Source: SAR202 cluster bacterium AG-426-M11 (GTDB lineage: Bacteria; Chloroflexota; Dehalococcoidia; Lucifugimonadales; UBA826). Taken from it: 64,000 bases of DNA. The stretch is taken from contig QCNV01000004.1 of NCBI GenBank assembly GCA_003213095.1, forward strand, positions 4,949 through 68,948. Direction: 5' to 3'. The notes beneath the pieces were generated by a model that had not been told where the DNA came from, did not search any database, and was given only the letters and a program-made list of their open reading frames with translations. The translations under genes and the position numbers were made by a program. Each line of letters begins with the position of its first letter. Positions within the stretch are counted from its first letter, which is position 1. Shown piece by piece: positions 50,155 through 58,327 of the stretch.

Positions 50155-51169
50155 AGCTTGGCACCCACAAATTAATGGGGTTGTTACAACATTAACTAGC
50201 ATTATTCCTCATGTTAAGGCTCATGGAATAGATGTAGAAGTTGTGGACCCTTCTATGTTCATGTCATTAAATCTACCTGGATATAATGAAATTGATCTTT
50301 CATTTCCAATCAATTCAATTGGGAAAAAATTATCTTCAATTGATCCTACCTATTTTCATATCGCAACAGAAGGACCTATGGGAATAGCTGCTAGACGATG
50401 GATTAAAAAAAATGGGTATGCATTCACAACAAGTTATCATACTAATCTTCCTGAATATTCAAAAATGTTATACAAAATCCCAGAATCTTGGATTTGGAAA
50501 TACGTTAGATGGTTTCACTCACCTTCACATCAAGTATTGGTACCTACCCCAACTGTAATCAATACATTAGATTCTAAGGGATTCCAAAACCTTAAACTTT
50601 GGTCTAGAGGCATTGATCCTTCACTATTTCCACAACCAAATGCAGACTTAATTTCTAAAAACAACCTAGAGGCTAAAGCTCTACTATATGTAGGAAGAGT
50701 AAGTAAAGAAAAAAATATTGAGACTTTATGTCAACTATCAAAAAACTCTGATTTTGAAGTTTGGATAGTAGGGGACGGCCCTTATAAGTCAACTCTAGAA
50801 AAAAAATATTCTTCTTCGGGAGTTAGATTTTTTGGAGCTATCAAACATGACAAATTAGCTCCTTACTTTCAATCAGCTGATGTCTTCGTATTCCCTAGTA
50901 AAACAGATACTTTTGGGATAGTAATGATAGAAAGTATGGCTTGTGGAACTCCAGTTGCTGCATATCCTGTTCAAGGTCCAATTGATGTGGTCAAACATAG
51001 AGTTTCAGGTTTTTTGGATGAAGATCTAGAAATCGCAGTACTAGAGGCACTAAAACTTTCAACAGAATCTGTTGAAAGTTACGGGCGAAATTTTACTTGG
51101 GAAAAATGTGCAGAAACATTTATTGAAACTCTTGTACCAAAAGAAATTAACCTCGAGGATGCACAATGA
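50123..51169 (+). CDS. GT4 glycosyltransferase (Agt-like), true start uncertain
   Basis: Conserved N-terminus LITEAWHPQINGVV lies upstream of the called GTG 50243. HIATEGPMG, YHT, YVGRVSKEKN, FPSKTDTFG. Confidence 0.82.
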   Translation: MVKPKLALITEAWHPQINGVVTTLTSIIPHVKAHGIDVEVVDPSMFMSLNLPGYNEIDLSFPINSIGKKLSSIDPTYFHIATEGPMGIAARRWIKKNGYAFTTSYHTNLPEYSKMLYKIPESWIWKYVRWFHSPSHQVLVPTPTVINTLDSKGFQNLKLWSRGIDPSLFPQPNADLISKNNLEAKALLYVGRVSKEKNIETLCQLSKNSDFEVWIVGDGPYKSTLEKKYSSSGVRFFGAIKHDKLAPYFQSADVFVFPSKTDTFGIVMIESMACGTPVAAYPVQGPIDVVKHRVSGFLDEDLEIAVLEALKLSTESVESYGRNFTWEKCAETFIETLVPKEINLEDAQ

Positions 51170-52485
51170 AAATAAGCGTAATAGGAATGGGTTATGCAGG
51201 AGCAGTAACCTCTGCATGTTTAGCAGAATTAGGCCATTATGTTACAGGCTATGATATTGATCATCGTAGAATTAACTCTTTAAATTCATTTAAACCACAA
51301 ATCTTTGAACCTGGGTTAGAAAAACTAATTGAAAAAAACTGCGAAATTAAACGACTTAAATTTCAACATGTCGATGATTCTGATCTTGATCTCGGAGAAA
51401 TAACTATTATCACAGTGGGTACTCCGTCTGATCCAAATGGGTCGCCTAATTTAGAGTACATTTGGAAATCCGTTGAATGGGCTACAGAACATTTGCAACA
51501 AAACTCCATACTTTTGATGAGAAGTACAGTTCAACCAGGCACTGGAGATCTGATTTCTACCAGATTTTGTGAGAACAAAAATATCAATTACATTTCATGT
51601 CCTGAATTTTTAAAAGAGGGCGAAGCTGTTAGTGATTTTTTTACTCCTGACAGAATTATCATTGGAGGAAACAATTCTGATGCTATAGAAAAAGTAGTTG
51701 ATCTTCATTCGGGAATCAGTTCCCCAATTATTAAAACAAAAATCATAGCTGCAGAAATGATTAAATTCGCAAGCAATGCTTTCTTAGCTACTAAGATTTC
51801 ATTTATTAATGAAATGGCCAACTTTTGTGAAGCATGGGGAGCAGACGTTGATGATGTAAAAGAAGGATTGGGATTGGACCATAGAATTGGAAAATCATTT
51901 TTAAATGCTGGAGTGGGTTTCGGGGGCTCTTGTCTTCCAAAAGAAACTAGAGCTTTTACTTCTTTAGCTTCAAATTATGGAATCAAATCTAATCTATTAG
52001 AATCTGTCCTTGAAGTAAATGAATATCAGTCTCAAATCCCTTTCAGAATAATTAAAGATGTGTTTGCAGATATGAATAATGTAAAAGTTGGAATATTAGG
52101 AATGTCATTTAAGCCAAACACAGATGATATTAGAGAATCCCCTTCTATTAAAATCGCCCAAACTTTGTCAAAACTGGGATGCCAAGTTTCGTGTTTTGAT
52201 CCTGTATCAAATCAAAAAAGTGAAGAAAAATTAGGATCTACAGTTAAATTTGAAACATCTATTGAAAATTTAACTACAAACAAAAATATAATTTTGTTAA
52301 TGACTCCATGGGAAATAATATTAAATTCAAATTGGCATCAAATATTTGAATCTATGATCGAGCCTAAAATTTTATTTGACGGAAGAAACTCTTTGGATCC
52401 CGCAATCATGAAAAATATCGGATTCAATTACATTGGGGTGGGTCGAGGAATTTCATCTTCGCATCTTGATCATTTAAGTTGGTGA
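51166..52485 (+). CDS. ugd: UDP-glucose 6-dehydrogenase
   Basis: GMGYAG, PEFLKEG, KFASNAFLA, GFGGSCLPK, FKPNTDDIRES. Confidence 0.92.
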   Translation: MKISVIGMGYAGAVTSACLAELGHYVTGYDIDHRRINSLNSFKPQIFEPGLEKLIEKNCEIKRLKFQHVDDSDLDLGEITIITVGTPSDPNGSPNLEYIWKSVEWATEHLQQNSILLMRSTVQPGTGDLISTRFCENKNINYISCPEFLKEGEAVSDFFTPDRIIIGGNNSDAIEKVVDLHSGISSPIIKTKIIAAEMIKFASNAFLATKISFINEMANFCEAWGADVDDVKEGLGLDHRIGKSFLNAGVGFGGSCLPKETRAFTSLASNYGIKSNLLESVLEVNEYQSQIPFRIIKDVFADMNNVKVGILGMSFKPNTDDIRESPSIKIAQTLSKLGCQVSCFDPVSNQKSEEKLGSTVKFETSIENLTTNKNIILLMTPWEIILNSNWHQIFESMIEPKILFDGRNSLDPAIMKNIGFNYIGVGRGISSSHLDHLSW

Positions 52486-52556
52486 CCCCAGCGGGATTCG
52501 AACCCGCGATTTCCGCCTTGAGAGGGCAGCGTCCTAGACCGCTAGACGATGGGGCC
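52480..52556 (-). tRNA. tRNA-Glu(CTC)
   Basis: Reverse complement GGCCCCATCGTCTAGCGG...CT-CTC-AA...GGTTCGAATCC...GGGGTCACCA. Confidence 0.95.
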
Positions 52557-52568
52557 TAAATTTTTAAT

Positions 52569-52642
52569 TGGCTGGGGATATAGGATTCGAACCTATGCTT
52601 ACAGAGTCAGAGTCTGTCGTCCTACCACTAGACGAATCCCCA
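52569..52642 (-). tRNA. tRNA-Gln(CTG)
   Basis: Reverse complement TGGGGATTCGTCTAGTGG...CT-CTG-AC...GGTTCGAATCC...ATCCCCAGCCA. Confidence 0.95.
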
Positions 52643-52748
52643 CAGTTAAATAGATTTTATCACTAACCCCCACACTGTCTTCAATTTGCTTGCTCTAATA
52701 TGATCAAAATCATAAAATCAACGAATCACATCATATCAAGAGGCAAGT

Positions 52749-53522
52749 ATGTACACATTAGATCTTTCTGGTAAAAAAGCTGTAGTATTTGGTATTGCTA
52801 ACCAAAGAAGTATTGCTTGGGCAATTTCAAAACGACTAAACGAAGCTGGCGCTACAATAATTTCAGCATACCAAAACGAAAGAGTTAAAGACTCTGTCAC
52901 TAAGTTAACTTCAGAATTATCTGATGTCACTTTAATTGAATGTGATGTAAGTCAAGAAGAAAACGTTGCAAAATGCTTTGAAGAAATTCAAAACATTCAC
53001 GGTAATATAGATATTTTGGTTCATTCGATTGCTTTTGCACAAAAAGAAGACCTAGGTGGCAGGTTTGTTGATACCGACAGGTCAGGTTTTCAAATAGCTT
53101 TGGATATCAGCGCATACTCACTAATATCAATCACTCGACATGCTTCAAAAATGATGAATCCAAAAGGGGCAATTATCACGATGTCATTTATGGCAGCAGA
53201 AAAAGTTTTCCCTGGATATAACGTAATGAGTACTGCAAAAGCTGCACTAGAAAACGAGGTTAGACAAATTGCAAATGACTTAGGTCCAGATGACATTCGA
53301 ATTAATGCTATTTCTGCCGGCCCACTAGACACACTCTCTTCTAGAGTAATTAGTGGATATAGAGATATGAAATCAGCTCACTCTGAAAGGGCTCCATTGA
53401 GAAGAAACATTACTCATGATGAAGTTGCTACTACAGCTTTATACCTATGTAGCGACATGTCTAGCGGAGTGACTGGAGAAGTAATTCACGTTGATACTGG
53501 CTATCATGTAATGGGAATTTAG
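52749..53522 (+). CDS. fabI: Enoyl-ACP reductase
   Basis: GIANQRSIAW, HSIAFA, YNVMSTAKAALE, NAISAGP. Confidence 0.95.
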   Translation: MYTLDLSGKKAVVFGIANQRSIAWAISKRLNEAGATIISAYQNERVKDSVTKLTSELSDVTLIECDVSQEENVAKCFEEIQNIHGNIDILVHSIAFAQKEDLGGRFVDTDRSGFQIALDISAYSLISITRHASKMMNPKGAIITMSFMAAEKVFPGYNVMSTAKAALENEVRQIANDLGPDDIRINAISAGPLDTLSSRVISGYRDMKSAHSERAPLRRNITHDEVATTALYLCSDMSSGVTGEVIHVDTGYHVMGI

Positions 53523-53523
53523 A

Positions 53524-54771
53524 TTAATTATCAGGAATAATACGACCTCTAATAGAAGTCATTTTGTATCCTGAAATAATTACCAATACCAATCCAATAA
53601 CTGAATTAATTATTAGAGCGTTAGATGTACTAAACATTTCAGATGACAATCCTAAAATTATTGAGCCAACAGGTGCAGCACCTATACATAGTGTTACAAG
53701 CCCCATACATCTTCCTCTAAACTCCTTTTTAGACACTAATAAAACAATTACAGATTGCATAGTACCAAACGCTGAAGTCCCCAAACCTAAAGCAAAAAGT
53801 AAAATCATAGATATGAAATAAATATCTGAAATACCAAATAGTAATAACCCTGATAAAGATAGAATAGATCCATAAAGATAATATCTGCCGTGAAATTCCA
53901 TTTTAGATTTAGATGCTAATGCAGTCGATCCAATTAATGCACCAAAGCCATCGCTAGCCATTAATATACCCATTAACAATGGTCCCACAGACAATACTTC
54001 TTTTGAAATAATTGAAACCATTTGCATGTATGGAAAAAGTAATAAGTTCATGAAAAATGTAATTACTAAAACAGCGAAAATAGTTTGATTATTTAAAGCG
54101 TACTTAAACGCATCGGCAAGCTCTATAAAAAAGAATTTAATCCCACTTAACATTGAAAAATGATTCTTATTTCTCTGATTAAAATCATCCTGATTCATAT
54201 TTACTTGAAAAATAGAAACAGTACCTACAAAAATTATGACTGACATAAAAACGTAAGTACCTAGCACTCCTGTAAATGCAATTAAAGCGCCAGCTATAGC
54301 TGGACCAACCATTTTACTAGTGTGCATCCCTACTGCATCCAATGAAATACCATTAGTAATTCTATCTGGACCTAAAATATCCATTACTAATGCTCTTCTT
54401 GATGGCATATCCAGTGCCCAACTCACTCCAGGAACAAATATCGCAACATAAACATGCCAAAGTTGTAAAAAGTCAAACAATAGCAAAAAAGTCATCACCA
54501 CAGCACCAGAAAAAGTGATGATTTGACTAATAATGATTAATACTTTTTTATTAAAAAAATCAGCAATTACTCCTCCAAACAAACCGAAAAACATTAATGG
54601 AGCAAGTCCGAAAAATCCAATCAAACTAACCATAAAAGCTGATTCAGTCTGATCAAAAACAAACCACGACAATGTCGTCATTTGCATCCACCTAGAAATA
54701 TATAAAGATATATTTGAAGCCCAGCAAAACCTGAAGTTTTGATTTGTAAAAGCAGAAAAAGTACTCATCAT
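53524..54771 (-). CDS. MFS transporter
   Basis: About 12 TM helices, GGVIADFFNKK, DMPSRRA. Confidence 0.88.
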   Translation of the reverse strand: MMSTFSAFTNQNFRFCWASNISLYISRWMQMTTLSWFVFDQTESAFMVSLIGFFGLAPLMFFGLFGGVIADFFNKKVLIIISQIITFSGAVVMTFLLLFDFLQLWHVYVAIFVPGVSWALDMPSRRALVMDILGPDRITNGISLDAVGMHTSKMVGPAIAGALIAFTGVLGTYVFMSVIIFVGTVSIFQVNMNQDDFNQRNKNHFSMLSGIKFFFIELADAFKYALNNQTIFAVLVITFFMNLLLFPYMQMVSIISKEVLSVGPLLMGILMASDGFGALIGSTALASKSKMEFHGRYYLYGSILSLSGLLLFGISDIYFISMILLFALGLGTSAFGTMQSVIVLLVSKKEFRGRCMGLVTLCIGAAPVGSIILGLSSEMFSTSNALIINSVIGLVLVIISGYKMTSIRGRIIPDN

Positions 54772-54829
54772 CTAACCTGACGTTTGAATTCAGGAATAGT
54801 ATTTCATGTATATTGTTTTTACAACTTAT

Positions 54830-55927
54830 TTATACATTGAATCTAAACAAAATCACATCACCATCTTGGACAATATAATCTTTTCCTTCAACTCTCATTT
54901 TCCCTGCTTCACGAGATTTATGCTCTCCCTGAAATTCGACATAGTCCTCATAAGATATTACCTCAGCACGAATAAAACCTTTTTCAAAGTCTGTATGAAT
55001 CTCCCTAGCTGCTCTAGGAGCTGTAGAATTTCTAGGAATAGTCCAAGCTCTGGATTCTTTGGCACCAGATGTAAAATATGTTATGAGTCCTAATAGCTCA
55101 TAACCAGCCTGAATCACACGAACTAAACCAGGCTCATGTAACCCCAAATCCTCCAAGAGTTCAGATTGATCTTCTTTATCTAATTGAGATAATTCGGATT
55201 CTATAGAAGCCGAAATAATCACAGATTTTGCACCTTCTGATTTTGCAAGTTGAAAAACTTTTTCAGAAAATTTATTGCCAGAAGCTGCAGAAGATTCATC
55301 TACATTACATACATATAAAACTGGTTTTGAAGTCAAAAGTTGTAGCGAATGAATTAGATTACAATCAGATTCATTAAATTTGATAGATCTAATAGGATTT
55401 CCATTTTGTAAGGCTTCTAAACAAAGATTAATCAACTTAAGTAAGTCCTTTGATTCAGAATCATTACTTTTAGATTTTTTTTCCAATGCAGGAAGACGTT
55501 TTTCCAGATTTTCTAAATCTGACAACATCAATTCAGTTTCAACTGTTTCAGCATCACTAATGGGATCAACATTACCATCTACATGAATAATGTTTGGGTC
55601 TTCAAAACATCTTAAAACATAGGCGATAGCATCCATCTCACGAATATTTGCTAAAAATTGATTACCTAACCCCTCACCTTTAGAGGCACCTTTCACTAAT
55701 CCTGCAATATCTACAAAAGTCATTCTAGTAGGCACAACATTCTGAGAATTAGAGATTATAGAAAGATCATTCAAACGAGGGTCAGGAATTGCTACTTCAC
55801 CTACATTAGGCTCTATAGTACAAAAAGGATAGTTTTCAGCTTGAGCAACAGCAGTACTAGTCAGGGCATTAAAAAGGGTGGACTTTCCTACATTAGGAAG
55901 GCCTACTATCCCACATTTAAAACCCAT
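54830..55927 (-). CDS. ychF: Ribosome-binding ATPase YchF
   Basis: GIVGLPNVGKST, NYPFCTIEPN, DIAGLV, C-terminal TGS domain (IHTDFEKGFIRAE). Confidence 0.97.
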   Translation of the reverse strand: MGFKCGIVGLPNVGKSTLFNALTSTAVAQAENYPFCTIEPNVGEVAIPDPRLNDLSIISNSQNVVPTRMTFVDIAGLVKGASKGEGLGNQFLANIREMDAIAYVLRCFEDPNIIHVDGNVDPISDAETVETELMLSDLENLEKRLPALEKKSKSNDSESKDLLKLINLCLEALQNGNPIRSIKFNESDCNLIHSLQLLTSKPVLYVCNVDESSAASGNKFSEKVFQLAKSEGAKSVIISASIESELSQLDKEDQSELLEDLGLHEPGLVRVIQAGYELLGLITYFTSGAKESRAWTIPRNSTAPRAAREIHTDFEKGFIRAEVISYEDYVEFQGEHKSREAGKMRVEGKDYIVQDGDVILFRFNV

Positions 55928-55967
55928 AGAAACACTCCAAAAACAGATCTAAATCAGTGGAAGTTAT

Positions 55968-56000
55968 GAAAAAAGATACGGGTGACTCAATGAGTCACCC
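55968..56000 (-). terminator. Intrinsic terminator of the small four-Cys gene
   Basis: GGGTGACTCA/TGAGTCACCC inverted repeat followed on the minus strand by GTATCTTTTTT. Confidence 0.75.
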
Positions 56001-56007
56001 ATTCTAT

Positions 56008-56157
56008 TTAACTGCTTTTACCAATCCTAAACACATTGGTATCACAATCGCTCTTAGAACAAGTACCTTTGGTTGCAGGCCTGCCATTCTTCAAAGTAAC
56101 CTGTTCAGGATTATCTATAGTCACTTTTTCTCGACATTTAACGCAATAGGCTTCCAT
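56008..56157 (-). CDS. 49-aa four-cysteine microprotein (DUF5679-like)
   Basis: MEAYCVKCREKVTIDNPEQVTLKNGRPATKGTCSKSDCDTNVFRIGKSS, with AGGAG RBS and its own terminator. Absent from the ORF track. Confidence 0.85.
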   Translation of the reverse strand: MEAYCVKCREKVTIDNPEQVTLKNGRPATKGTCSKSDCDTNVFRIGKSS

Positions 56158-56420
56158 TTTTATACTCCTTGCGACATTTTATTAGGAACAACTCTAGTTA
56201 ATCTAAAGTATATTACCCATACCTTAAATATTTATGCAAGTGTTTTTTGGGCTTTTTTTAAAAAATACATACTATTTTCTACTATTTATTGTGTTCTGAA
56301 CCCAAACATCAACCACTATATATTGTTAGGTCGCTAATTTGATTGATAAATGCAACAAATAATTAACTTTAAAGAAATATTGAGTTAACAAGTAATCAAT
56401 ATTATTTAATTACTCCTTTT

Positions 56421-56458
56421 TGTCTGTCTAGAAATACATAACAATTTCTAGACAGACA
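56421..56458. repeat. Perfect 15-bp inverted repeat upstream of amtB1
   Basis: TGTCTGTCTAGAAAT-ACATAACA-ATTTCTAGACAGACA. Confidence 0.85.
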
Positions 56459-56462
56459 TCTT

Positions 56463-56526
56463 GAAACATAACTGTTACATGTAGTTTACAAAAATTTAAC
56501 AACAATCCATTTTTCGTAAATAGAAT
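56463..56526 (+). promoter_or_regulatory. amtB1 promoter with 11-bp-periodic GlnR-like boxes
   Basis: GAAAC-n6-GTTAC-n6-TTTAC-n6-TTAAC, then 20 nt, then the -10 element TAGAAT. Confidence 0.7.
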
Positions 56527-56562
56527 GATTTCGATCTAAATTATTCAATAAAGGAGATTAAA

Positions 56563-57783
56563 ATGGATTCTGGACATACCGCCTGGATGCTCACCGCATC
56601 TGCATTAGTATTTTTTATGACCCCGGGATTGGCCTTTTTTTACGGGGGATTAGTTAGAGCCAAAAGCCTAGTCAATACAATCATGCTTAGCTTTATGACC
56701 ATAGGTGTCGTAAGTATAGTATGGACTTTATGGGGATACTCATTGGCCTACGGAAACGGTGAATTAATAGAAAACTTCATCGGAGACTTTTCATTGCTAG
56801 GACTAGATGGAGTTGCAATGATGTCAGGAGAAGAAGATGCAATCAGTCCCTTATATGATGTTTTATTCCAAATGATGTTTGCAATTATCACTCCTGCTCT
56901 TATTACTGGAGCATTTGTAGAGAGATTTAAATTTTCAACATACTTAATATTTACAGTAATATGGATTACGATCGTTTACGCACCTGTAGCTCACTGGGTA
57001 TGGGGTGGTGGATGGATTGGAGACGCAGGAGCATTAGATTTTGCCGGGGGTACTGTTATACACATTAATGCAGGAGCTGCAGCAGTTGCCGCTGCATTAC
57101 TAGTAGGAAAAAGAGCTAATCCCGGATTGCAACCAAACAATGTGCCCTTTGTAGTTTTGGGCGCTTCAATTCTTTGGTTTGGATGGTTTGGATTTAATGG
57201 AGGATCTGCGTTAGCTGCTGACGATTTTGCAGTAAACGCAATGCTAGTCACTCAAATTGCTGCTGGTACTGCCGCTACTACTTGGGGGTTAATCGGATTA
57301 TTTGCCACCAAAAAAATTAGTGCAGTTGGAGTTGCCACTGGAGCAGTTGCAGGGTTAGTAGCTATCACTCCTGCAGCTGGAGCAGTAAATGCATTAGGCG
57401 CTATAGCTATAGGATTAGGAGCTGGGGCAATTTGTTATTTCGCAGTTGAATTAATTCACAGGACTAACCTAGATGATGCTCTGGACGTTTTTGCAGTACA
57501 TGGAATCGGAGGAATTTGGGGCTGTATTGCAACCGGAATTTTTGCAGTAGAAAGCATTGCCGGTGTCAAAGGATTAATTTCAGGTAGTTTCGAACAAGTT
57601 TGGATCCAAATTTACACTGCAGGAGGTACTTTAGCCTACTCATTCATTTTATCTTTTGCAATCTTATTTGTATTAGATAAAATACCGGGACTTGGACTTA
57701 GAGTATCTGAGTCTGCAGAAAGCCAAGGATTAGACTTGTCTGAACATGGCGAACAAGCTGTAGTAAATGATGGAGCAAATTAA
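56563..57783 (+). CDS. amtB: Ammonium transporter
   Basis: FQMMFA, HWVW, DFAGGTVIH, WFGFNGGS, DDALDVFAVHG. Confidence 0.97.
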   Translation: MDSGHTAWMLTASALVFFMTPGLAFFYGGLVRAKSLVNTIMLSFMTIGVVSIVWTLWGYSLAYGNGELIENFIGDFSLLGLDGVAMMSGEEDAISPLYDVLFQMMFAIITPALITGAFVERFKFSTYLIFTVIWITIVYAPVAHWVWGGGWIGDAGALDFAGGTVIHINAGAAAVAAALLVGKRANPGLQPNNVPFVVLGASILWFGWFGFNGGSALAADDFAVNAMLVTQIAAGTAATTWGLIGLFATKKISAVGVATGAVAGLVAITPAAGAVNALGAIAIGLGAGAICYFAVELIHRTNLDDALDVFAVHGIGGIWGCIATGIFAVESIAGVKGLISGSFEQVWIQIYTAGGTLAYSFILSFAILFVLDKIPGLGLRVSESAESQGLDLSEHGEQAVVNDGAN

Positions 57784-57808
57784 ATTAGTTTCCTAAACGG
57801 AGGGAAAA

Positions 57809-58153
57809 ATGCTAAAAATTGAAGCAATTTTCAGACCAGAACGAGTTAATGCCGTTACTGATGCATTAACAAGTGTGGGTGTTACAGGATTCCATTACCA
57901 AAATATTACCGGACAGGGTCAGCAACAAGGAGTAGAGGTAATTACTGGCAGAGGTAGTCAAACTGCCACAAGAGCCTCTGTATCAAAAACTCTCCTAGTT
58001 ACTATAGTTTCGGATGACAAAAAGGACGAGGTGGTAAATGCAATTATCGAATCAACACGTAGTGGAGATATCGGTGACGGTAAAATATTTATCAGTGAAA
58101 TTGCAGATATCATCAGAGTAAGAACAGGAGAAACAGGAGAAGAAGCAATTTAG
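57809..58153 (+). CDS. glnK: PII signal transduction protein
   Basis: KIEAIFRP, GDIGDGKIF, IRVRTGE. Lies between the two amtB genes. Confidence 0.92.
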   Translation: MLKIEAIFRPERVNAVTDALTSVGVTGFHYQNITGQGQQQGVEVITGRGSQTATRASVSKTLLVTIVSDDKKDEVVNAIIESTRSGDIGDGKIFISEIADIIRVRTGETGEEAI

Positions 58154-58170
58154 CTCTTTTCTTAGAGGTT

Positions 58171-58210
58171 TTAGATAAATAGGGAGTTTCTACGATCTCT
58201 ATTTATCTAA
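58171..58210 (+). terminator. Hairpin after glnK
   Basis: TTAGATAAATAGGGA...TCTCTATTTATCTAA inverted repeat. Confidence 0.65.
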
Positions 58211-58225
58211 CCTCACCCAATATAT

Positions 58226-58278
58226 GTTACATATTTGTAACATATATTTAACATTTCCAATCTTTTCAAACATAGAAT
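58226..58278 (+). promoter_or_regulatory. amtB2 promoter with 11-bp-periodic GlnR-like boxes
   Basis: GTTAC-n6-GTAAC-n6-TTAAC, then 20 nt, then TAGAAT. Same geometry as upstream of amtB1. Confidence 0.7.
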
Positions 58279-58327
58279 CATTTGAAATTTCGTGCCATTT
58301 AAATAATGTGCAATAAAGGAGTTAAAA

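Noticed and set aside
27000-52480. Mobile genomic island carrying the archaellum
   Set aside because: No integrase, transposase or duplicated tRNA end was seen, and composition looks like the flanks by eye.
55957-56337. 126-aa plus-strand ORF from the track
   Set aside because: It is the antisense shadow of the 49-aa minus-strand gene, which has an RBS, a terminator and a recognisable motif.
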